Shown here piece after piece: positions 25,647 through 32,000 of a stretch of 32,000 bases of DNA (position 1 is its first letter; each line of letters begins with the position of its first letter). This stretch comes from an uncultured Opitutales bacterium. Lineage in GTDB: Bacteria > Verrucomicrobiota > Verrucomicrobiia > Opitutales > Intestinicryptomonadaceae. The position numbers and the translations under genes are program-made. The notes under the pieces are model-generated. The model did no database searches. It had not been told where the DNA came from and worked only from the letters and a program-made list of their open reading frames with translations. The DNA lies in contig CAKUIA010000009.1 in the NCBI GenBank assembly GCA_934660865.1, positions 1 through 32,000 on the forward strand, given 5' to 3'.

Positions 25647-27218
25647 ATGGATTGGCAAAGATTCAAAAACTACAACGTGGCTGTAAAGCCCCTCAACATA
25701 TCCGTAGACTTTAGCAGAATAAGCTTCGACGGCGCGTTCTTCGACTCGATGAAGCCGAAAATGGAAAAGGCGTTTGCCGACATGAAAGCTTTGGAGGGCG
25801 GCGCCATTGCCAATGTAGACGAAAACAGAATGGTGGGCCACTACTGGCTTAGAAATTCGAAGGTTGCCCCCACGTCCGAAATCGCAAACGAAATAGACGA
25901 AAACATTAAAAACATAAAGGCCTTTGCCGAAAAAATCCATTCGGGCGAAATTAAAAGCCAAAAGGGCTATAAGTTCGAAAACCTGCTTTGCCTGGGCATA
26001 GGCGGTTCGGCGCTCGGCCCGCAGTTTGTAGCCGAAGCTTTGGGCGACCCCAAGGCCGACAAAATGAAGGTGTTTTTTATGGACAATACCGACCCCGACG
26101 GCTTCGACACTGTCCTTAAAAAGATAGGCGGCAACCTGGACAAAACTTTGGTTGTAATAACTTCGAAATCGGGCGGAACACCCGAGCCGCGCAACGCCAT
26201 GCTGGAAACTATTAGCGCATACGAAAAGGCCGGCTTGAAATTCGGCGCGCACGCGGTTGTAACAACGGGCAAAAACAGCAAGTTATACAATTTTTCGAAA
26301 GAAATAGGCGTTTTGGCGCAGTTCCCGATGTGGGACTGGGTTGGCGGCAGAACAAGCGAAATGGCCGCCGTCGGCTTGCTGCCTGCGGCTTTGCAGGGTG
26401 TAGATATCGACGCCATGCTAAACGGAGCCGCCGCTATGGACGAGGCTACCCGCATAGCCCAAATTAAGCCAAACCCAGCGGCAATGCTGGCTTTGGCCTG
26501 GTATTATTGCACGGGCGGCGCGGGCAAAAAAGACATGGTTATTTTGCCCTACAAAGACAGGCTTATTTTGGCTTCGCGCTATCTGCAGCAGCTTATAATG
26601 GAGTCGCTCGGCAAAGAGTTGGACTTAAACGGCAATAAAGTAGAGCAGGGCATAAGCGTATACGGCAACAAGGGTTCTACAGACCAACACGCTTTTGTTC
26701 AGCAACTTAGAGACGGCGTAAACAACTTTTTTGTAACCTTCATAGAAGTGCTTAAAAACCGCGAAGGCGAAAGCGTTTCGGTTGAAGATCACATTACCGC
26801 AGGCGACTATTTGCAGGGCTTTTTGCTTGGCACAAGAGAGGCTTTAAGCGCAAAGAACAGGGAAAACCTTACAATTACGCTTCCCGATGTTTCGGCGCAA
26901 AGCGTGGGTGCCTTAATTGCCCTGTTCGAAAGGGCTACGGGCTTTTACGCAAGCTTAATCAACATTAACGCCTACCACCAACCCGGCGTCGAAGCGGGCA
27001 AAAAAGCCGCAAATTCCATACTGCAAAAGAAGGTAAAGATTGTCCAATTCCTGGAGGAAAACAAGGGCGAGTTTACCGCCGAAGAAATAGCCGCAAAAAT
27101 TGGGCTTGAAAACGAAATAGAAATAGTATTTAAATTGTTGTCGAATTTAGCTTTCAATTCTGCTTGGGGCGTAAAAGTTTCTGGTGGCGAAGGCTTCGAG
27201 CAAAAATTTACCAAATAA
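25647..27218 (+). CDS. pgi: Glucose-6-phosphate isomerase
   Basis: Track ORF trimmed from TTG 25599 to ATG 25647 (RBS AAAGGAAA upstream). Motifs GIGGSALGP, ITSKSGGTPE, GGRTSEMAAVGLLP, GSTDQHAFVQQLRDG. Confidence 0.95.
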   Translation: MDWQRFKNYNVAVKPLNISVDFSRISFDGAFFDSMKPKMEKAFADMKALEGGAIANVDENRMVGHYWLRNSKVAPTSEIANEIDENIKNIKAFAEKIHSGEIKSQKGYKFENLLCLGIGGSALGPQFVAEALGDPKADKMKVFFMDNTDPDGFDTVLKKIGGNLDKTLVVITSKSGGTPEPRNAMLETISAYEKAGLKFGAHAVVTTGKNSKLYNFSKEIGVLAQFPMWDWVGGRTSEMAAVGLLPAALQGVDIDAMLNGAAAMDEATRIAQIKPNPAAMLALAWYYCTGGAGKKDMVILPYKDRLILASRYLQQLIMESLGKELDLNGNKVEQGISVYGNKGSTDQHAFVQQLRDGVNNFFVTFIEVLKNREGESVSVEDHITAGDYLQGFLLGTREALSAKNRENLTITLPDVSAQSVGALIALFERATGFYASLININAYHQPGVEAGKKAANSILQKKVKIVQFLEENKGEFTAEEIAAKIGLENEIEIVFKLLSNLAFNSAWGVKVSGGEGFEQKFTK

Positions 27219-27234
27219 AACACTAAGGAATTAA

Positions 27235-28146
27235 ATGAAACTACTCTCCATATTACTCCGAGTTCTTGCGGTTGCAGGCGCGGCTTTCTGCGCGTTTGTG
27301 TGGTTCGATACAAAGGGCAAAACCTCCGCTTCGATGGAACACATGAAAGACGTGCAAGGCGAAACTTTGCAGGATAAAACTGCAAAAGTTCCCTCCATAT
27401 TAAAGAACAAGGCCGCCACCGAAAAGAATCTTAAAGCCACAACCGAAAAGTTGAAGGATACCCAATCGAAGTTGGCCGACACCGATTCCGACTTGCAGAA
27501 CGAAAGGGCGAGAATGGTTCAGGCAAACAGCGACTTGGTTAAAAAGAATTCCGAGTTAAGGCAGGCAAAGTCGAGCTTGGCTTCGGTAAAAAGCCAGATT
27601 TCCGAAAAGGACGACAGAATTTCGGTTCTCGAATCGGAATTGTTGAAGATTAAGAACGACTACGAACCGATTATTGCCAACCTTAAAAAGCAGATTGCCG
27701 AAAAAGACGCAGCCCTGGCTTCGAAAGACAGCGAAATGGCCGAAGCCATTAAGAAAGCCGAAGAAGCCGCAGTAGAAAAAATGCAACAGGTTGTGGAAGT
27801 CGACGAAAAAACCGGCAAAAAGGTTGTGAAAATGGTTAAGAAAACCGAGCCGTACAAGGCAGTCGGCGAAATGGCGGCCGTGCTTAAGACCGATATGGAC
27901 CGCAAACTTTTTGTAATCAACAAGGGCAAAGCCGACAAGCTTAGCGAAAATTTGGCATTGCAGCTTAAAAACGAAGGCAAATTCATAGCCGACGTAGTTG
28001 TAGTTTCGGTTGCAGACAAGCTTGCGGTATGCGCGGTTCTTAACGACGAAAACGGTTTGTCGGAACGCATAGAAGCCGGCGACGTTTACGAATTGTGCCC
28101 GGCACCCGTAGTTGAAGACAAAAAGGCCGAAAAGAAGGCCCAATAA
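27235..28146 (+). CDS. Membrane-anchored coiled-coil protein, unknown function
   Basis: 303 aa with RBS AAGGAA. N-terminal TM/signal anchor (LLSILLRVLAVAGAAFCAFVWF), about 170 aa of K/E/A/S-rich coiled coil, and a C-terminal globular domain of about 90 aa. No recognised family. Confidence 0.8.
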   Translation: MKLLSILLRVLAVAGAAFCAFVWFDTKGKTSASMEHMKDVQGETLQDKTAKVPSILKNKAATEKNLKATTEKLKDTQSKLADTDSDLQNERARMVQANSDLVKKNSELRQAKSSLASVKSQISEKDDRISVLESELLKIKNDYEPIIANLKKQIAEKDAALASKDSEMAEAIKKAEEAAVEKMQQVVEVDEKTGKKVVKMVKKTEPYKAVGEMAAVLKTDMDRKLFVINKGKADKLSENLALQLKNEGKFIADVVVVSVADKLAVCAVLNDENGLSERIEAGDVYELCPAPVVEDKKAEKKAQ

Positions 28147-28156
28147 CTTTTGTTTT

Positions 28157-28366
28157 ATGAAAAAACTTTTGGCGATAATTTTTGCCTCGCTGGCGCTTTC
28201 GGCATTGTTTGTCGGGTGCCAGTCCGACGATTCTTCGTCGAACCGCAGGGGGCCTAAACCCCGCCGCGAAACATCGGGAGGCAGTTTGCCCTGGGCGCGC
28301 CCCGCCGATTGGGAGGGCGGTTTGCCTGGAATGGGCAGCCTTAACAACGGGCCGAGGAATTATTAA
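28157..28366 (+). CDS. Small lipoprotein (69 aa), G/P/R-rich
   Basis: Track ORF trimmed to ATG 28157. Signal peptide with lipobox MKKLLAIIFASLALSALFVGC. Starts 10 nt after the upstream stop and is followed directly by a strong terminator. Confidence 0.65.
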   Translation: MKKLLAIIFASLALSALFVGCQSDDSSSNRRGPKPRRETSGGSLPWARPADWEGGLPGMGSLNNGPRNY

Positions 28367-28384
28367 AACAGCCAAATCTAAAAA

Positions 28385-28417
28385 ATCTGCAACGGGTTCT
28401 GTTGCAGATTTTTTTTG
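28385..28417 (+). terminator. Rho-independent terminator
   Basis: ATCTGCAAC / GGGTTCT / GTTGCAGAT (perfect 9-bp stem) followed by T8. Confidence 0.85.
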
Positions 28418-28581
28418 CCTTTAAAAAGCATTAAGAAACTTTGCCAAATGCGGCTTTTTAGGGGAGAAAGCCCGCGGTTTTTATTGCGCGGCATTTGCGT
28501 TTTTATTGCGCAAAATTTTTGCATAATTTGTCTTTTAACGGGGCCAATACTATGCCAATATTCTACGCTAAACAGATTGTT

Positions 28582-29142
28582 ATGGACAAATTGATATTGG
28601 CATCAAAATCGCCAAGGCGCAGTTTGCTTTTGCGCGAAAACGGCATAGACTTCGAGGTAATTGCCTCGAACGCAACCGAGATTGTGGCCGCCGCAACGCC
28701 GCGAATGCTTGTAGAGCAAAACGCGCTTATAAAAGCGCAAAGCGTTTTCGAAAACTACCCCGACAGGCTCGTTATGGGCGCCGACACCATTGTCGCGCTA
28801 GGCAACGACGTTTTCGGCAAGCCCAAAGACGAAAAAGAGGCCGTGCAAATGCTTAAAACCCTTTCGGGCAAAACGCACAGCGTTTTTACGGCGGTGGCTT
28901 TAGTATGCAAAAGCAAAAACATAAAAAAAGTCTCTTCGCAGGAAAGCAAAGTAAAATTTAAGAATTTAAGCGAAAGCGAAATTTTAGACTACATAAAGGC
29001 TGTTTACGTTTTGGACAAAGCGGGGGCCTATGCCGCGCAGGAAAACGGCTCGATGATAATCGAAAAAATAGACGGCGATTTCGACAACGTAATGGGGCTT
29101 CCGTGCCGCCTTGTAGGGGAAATGCTTGCAACGGTAAAATAG
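28582..29142 (+). CDS. maf: Maf-family nucleoside triphosphate pyrophosphatase
   Basis: Track ORF trimmed to ATG 28582 (MDKLILASKSPRRSLLL...). Motifs GADTIV and LDKAGAYAAQE. Confidence 0.9.
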   Translation: MDKLILASKSPRRSLLLRENGIDFEVIASNATEIVAAATPRMLVEQNALIKAQSVFENYPDRLVMGADTIVALGNDVFGKPKDEKEAVQMLKTLSGKTHSVFTAVALVCKSKNIKKVSSQESKVKFKNLSESEILDYIKAVYVLDKAGAYAAQENGSMIIEKIDGDFDNVMGLPCRLVGEMLATVK

Positions 29143-29149
29143 CGCACAA

Positions 29150-30367
29150 ATGCAAAAACTGCCCGACAATAAAATATCCGAATTGTATGCCGCCCAAGAC
29201 AGGTGCGAGCGCAAAACGATATTTATTGCATTGCTGGCAACAGTTTTATTCCACACGCTTTTGTTTGTTGCAATTCCCGCCGAGTTCCCTCAAAGCGTTT
29301 TGCCGCCAAAGCCCGAAACTTTGCAGGTAAGCGTTTTGCCGCCGCTTGAAACAAAAAGGCATTTCCCCGAATATGTCGAGGCAAACCCCTTCGGCAACAA
29401 CCTAAAGCCCAAATCGCAAAACGCAAAAGAATCTTATAAAGACCAGCGCGCCGCCGACGAAATTCCCGACAAAAATTCCGATTCGCAAATGCCATTTGTA
29501 GGCGGCAAAAAAAAGGAGTCGAATAAAATCGTTTCGGGCTCGTACAACAATGTCGAAAATCCGCTAATGGAAGCCGAGGAAATTTCGAAGCTGCAAAACA
29601 GGCCGCTTGCAAGGCAGCCCGAGCGCCAGCCCGAAACTTCGGCACAAAACGCTTCCGAAAATTCCGCACAAAAAACAATTAAGGCAAGGGCGGCAAATTC
29701 CGAACAAGCGGATAAACAACAAAAAAAACGGGACGAAAAAGCCGCAAAATTGCAGGAGGCCTTAAACGGCGGAATTTCGAAGGAAATTCTTTCGGAAAAG
29801 GGCGAAATTGTAATTCCAAAAAAAGGGGAGACAGCCGACAAAAAAAGCGTTGCAAACTCCCCGCGGGAAAATCCCGAAAAGGCCAAAGAAACGGAGGCAA
29901 AAACCGGGCTTGCCAAAAACGGCAAAACCGAGCCGCCCGTGCCGCAAAATTTGCCCAAGCCAAAAGCCAGGCCCTCGATAAACTTTAGAATTGCACCGGG
30001 GCCTCTTTCCGACAACAGAATCAGGGCGTCTATGCAGGGCACCGTTTCGGCCGACTCGCGCTTTAGCGAATTCGGCGCCTACCAACAGCGAATGATAGAG
30101 GCTATTTCGCGCCAGTGGAATTTGTTGGGAAGCTCGTACAACCTAAGCGGGGCGGTTGGGACGCATATAATGGTTGAATTTTACTTGAATAAACACGGGC
30201 AATTAACGAGAATTGAAACGTTATTTACAAATTCAACGCAGACGGCAACGGCGCTGTGCGAGCAGTCGATATTGACAACCGCGCCCTACGGCGAATGGAC
30301 GCGCGATATGATAGACGCCTTTGGCGGCGACGCACAGCCCGTTAAAATAGTATTTTATTATAGATGA
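29150..30367 (+). CDS. TonB/TolA-family energy-transducer-like protein
   Basis: 405 aa with N-terminal TM anchor (IFIALLATVLFHTLLFVAI) and a Pro-rich segment. A linker of about 250 aa, rich in K/E/Q/A/P, follows. The C-terminal ~90 aa show a TolA/TonB CTD-like pattern (YQQRMIEAISRQWN...IMVEFYLNKHGQLTRIE...ALCEQSIL...PVKIVFYY). Confidence 0.7.
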   Translation: MQKLPDNKISELYAAQDRCERKTIFIALLATVLFHTLLFVAIPAEFPQSVLPPKPETLQVSVLPPLETKRHFPEYVEANPFGNNLKPKSQNAKESYKDQRAADEIPDKNSDSQMPFVGGKKKESNKIVSGSYNNVENPLMEAEEISKLQNRPLARQPERQPETSAQNASENSAQKTIKARAANSEQADKQQKKRDEKAAKLQEALNGGISKEILSEKGEIVIPKKGETADKKSVANSPRENPEKAKETEAKTGLAKNGKTEPPVPQNLPKPKARPSINFRIAPGPLSDNRIRASMQGTVSADSRFSEFGAYQQRMIEAISRQWNLLGSSYNLSGAVGTHIMVEFYLNKHGQLTRIETLFTNSTQTATALCEQSILTTAPYGEWTRDMIDAFGGDAQPVKIVFYYR

Positions 30368-31185
30368 CAAAGCAGTTTATAGAGGATTTCCTAAAAAGCG
30401 TTCCGTTTTCGGGCTCGGCAAAAATTGCGGCTTTCGACGAAAACGGAATCGTCGCAATCGAAAAGGCCGCCAACGTTATGTCGCACCCCAATCCCAACGG
30501 CGGCAAGGCGGGCAGAACATTGGTAAAGGCGCGCTATAACTTCGACAAACAATACTATTCGTGGCAGGACGAAAACGGCGAAAAGCGCAGATTGCATTTG
30601 ATAAACAGGCTCGATTCTCATACATCGGGGCTGATAATAGCATCGATAGACGAAAAGGCCGCCGACGCCGCAAGGGAGGCCTTTAAAAACCGCAAGGTCG
30701 AAAAAACCTACAACGCAATTTGCACGGGAAGGCCGATGCTTAAAAGCGGAATATGGCGCGACTATATCTCTAAGGAAAATTTCGCCTCGAAATTTGTGCG
30801 CGCAGTTTCGCCGTTTGGCGGCAAGACAAATTCGGAAAGCTCTTATGAAGTGCTTAAAAGCGACCAAAACGGCTTGGGGCTAACTTTAATGAAGCTTTGC
30901 CCGCACACGGGGCGCACCCACCAGTTGCGCATACAATGCGCAAAGCGTAAAGCTCCCATTTTGGGCGACGGCACCTACGGCGACTTTTCCGCCAACAAAC
31001 GCATAAAGAAAATTACGGGGCAAGACAGGCTGTTTTTGCACTGTTTGGAAATATCGTTTAATTACGATTTAAACGGCAAAACATTTTCCTTTTCGGCAAA
31101 AAGCCAACTGCCCGAAGATTTCGAAAAAATTATAAACTACAACGGCAAGGCGGTTTCCGCAAAAATAGAGCACAGGCAATGGTAG
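30364..31185 (+). CDS. RluA-family pseudouridine synthase (no S4 domain)
   Basis: 273 aa. NRLDSHTSGLII is a variant of HRLDxxTSG that keeps the catalytic Asp. HTGRTHQLRIQCA is also present. ATGA overlap with the upstream gene. Confidence 0.9.
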   Translation: MTKQFIEDFLKSVPFSGSAKIAAFDENGIVAIEKAANVMSHPNPNGGKAGRTLVKARYNFDKQYYSWQDENGEKRRLHLINRLDSHTSGLIIASIDEKAADAAREAFKNRKVEKTYNAICTGRPMLKSGIWRDYISKENFASKFVRAVSPFGGKTNSESSYEVLKSDQNGLGLTLMKLCPHTGRTHQLRIQCAKRKAPILGDGTYGDFSANKRIKKITGQDRLFLHCLEISFNYDLNGKTFSFSAKSQLPEDFEKIINYNGKAVSAKIEHRQW

Positions 31186-31952
31186 GCTTTTTTAAGACAA
31201 TATACGGGGCCTTTTGGTCGGTTAACACCTATAAAAACGCGCTAAAGTGGAAATACAAGGCGTTCGGCTATTTTTTGCTGCTTGTGCTGTTGGCTACTTT
31301 TGCGGAATCGTTTACCGCCTATAAAAAAATGTCCGAATTTTTTGACGGGCAAATGATGCCCGCAATTAAAGACTTTGCGGCATTTAAGATAGAAAACGGA
31401 GCGGTTAAAACGCCCGAAAACAAAGTCTATAAATACAATTTTCCCGACGGCGGTGGCTTTTTCTTTGTAAGTGCAACTCCCGTAATCGAGCGCGAAAACT
31501 ACCTTTTTTCGATAGAAAAAGACGAGCTTGTTTTGGGCGTAAAAATGCCGATGGCGGCTTCTCGCTATCCGTTAAAAGACCTTACAATGGGCAAAGACGT
31601 TGTAGTAGACAAAGCAAAGGCGTTTGAAATTGCAAACAGCGTAAAGGCATCGGTAAGGACATTTGCGCTGCCAATGCTTTATGTTTCGAACATATTTGCA
31701 AATGCTTCCTACCTTTTAATACTTACAGTTGCCGTGTTTTTTATGGGCATGAACACGCCGCTTAAGCTTAATATGCGAATGGCATTCAACATATCGGCTT
31801 TGGCCATTACCCCCACGGTGGTATTCCAGACTGCAAGCGTGTTTTTTACCGACTACGACTATGCCTCGGGGCTATACGGGCTTATAAGTTTGGCGCTGGT
31901 TTGGTATATGCTGCGCAAGCTTACAATAGCCAAAATCAGGGGCAATATATAG
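31179..31952 (+). CDS. Polytopic membrane protein, DUF1189-like
   Basis: 257 aa; overlaps the upstream stop by 7 nt. The N-terminus FFKTIYGAFWSVNTYKNALKWKYKAFGYFLLLVLL, an extracytoplasmic middle region and C-terminal TMs resemble the DUF1189 layout. The family call is tentative. Confidence 0.75.
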   Translation: MVGFFKTIYGAFWSVNTYKNALKWKYKAFGYFLLLVLLATFAESFTAYKKMSEFFDGQMMPAIKDFAAFKIENGAVKTPENKVYKYNFPDGGGFFFVSATPVIERENYLFSIEKDELVLGVKMPMAASRYPLKDLTMGKDVVVDKAKAFEIANSVKASVRTFALPMLYVSNIFANASYLLILTVAVFFMGMNTPLKLNMRMAFNISALAITPTVVFQTASVFFTDYDYASGLYGLISLALVWYMLRKLTIAKIRGNI

Positions 31953-32000
31953 CATTTTAACAAAACAATAAATCCATAACCGACTAAGCCTATGAAATTT

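Noticed and set aside
25461-26252. 263-aa ORF on the minus strand
   Set aside because: Codon-aligned antisense shadow of pgi and the methyltransferase 3' end. No start context and no recognisable features.
31992-32000. ATGAAATTT at the right edge as the start of a further plus-strand gene
   Set aside because: Only three codons are visible, so it cannot be evaluated.
1-32000. Scan for CRISPR arrays, tRNA/rRNA/tmRNA, IS elements or transposases, integrases, phage genes, and toxin-antitoxin or known defence genes
   Set aside because: No regularly spaced repeats and no tRNA-like T-arm (GGTTCGAAT-type) in any intergenic gap. The longest gaps are about 470 and 280 nt. No product shows DDE, tyrosine-recombinase or serine-recombinase motifs. 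This was an inspection by eye, so short or degenerate elements could have been missed.

Overview
This 32-kb window comes from a diderm bacterium, judged from lpxI, ExbB/ExbD and TonB/TolA-type genes. By eye the DNA is moderately A+T-rich; I computed no composition statistics. I support about 31 protein-coding genes, six intrinsic terminators and two weak promoter guesses. I found no rRNA, tRNA, CRISPR array, transposase or integrase.

Most of the window is core housekeeping.
- An 11-gene, roughly 11-kb minus-strand array has almost no intergenic space: aroC, unknown, hisC, hisB, hisH, gltA, Zn-peptidase, leuS, FecR-like, lpxI, sufE.
- It is followed by exbB-exbD-exbD.
- ppk lies divergent from aroC. 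Next come truA-ruvX, a COG1579 zinc-ribbon protein, a CPA2 antiporter and a Tat-exported Gfo/Idh/MocA oxidoreductase.
- Two plus-strand operons follow: methyltransferase-pgi-coiled-coil protein-small lipoprotein, and maf-TonB/TolA-like-RluA-like-DUF1189-like.

Only the first ~3.5 kb looks accessory: a BNR/sialidase-fold lipoprotein, small orphan ORFs and a terminator-bounded gene.

I do not see a coherent multi-gene novel system such as a defence island. The best leads are single-gene oddities.
1. A stand-alone ~230-aa exported protein ends in a secretin C-terminal signature. Its signal peptide and body are in different frames because of a 1-nt indel.
2. A CobW/G3E-like protein with degenerate GTPase motifs is wedged between aroC and hisC.
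3. An orphan FecR-like secreted protein is translationally coupled between leuS and lpxI.

All family assignments are by-eye motif recognition, not database searches.
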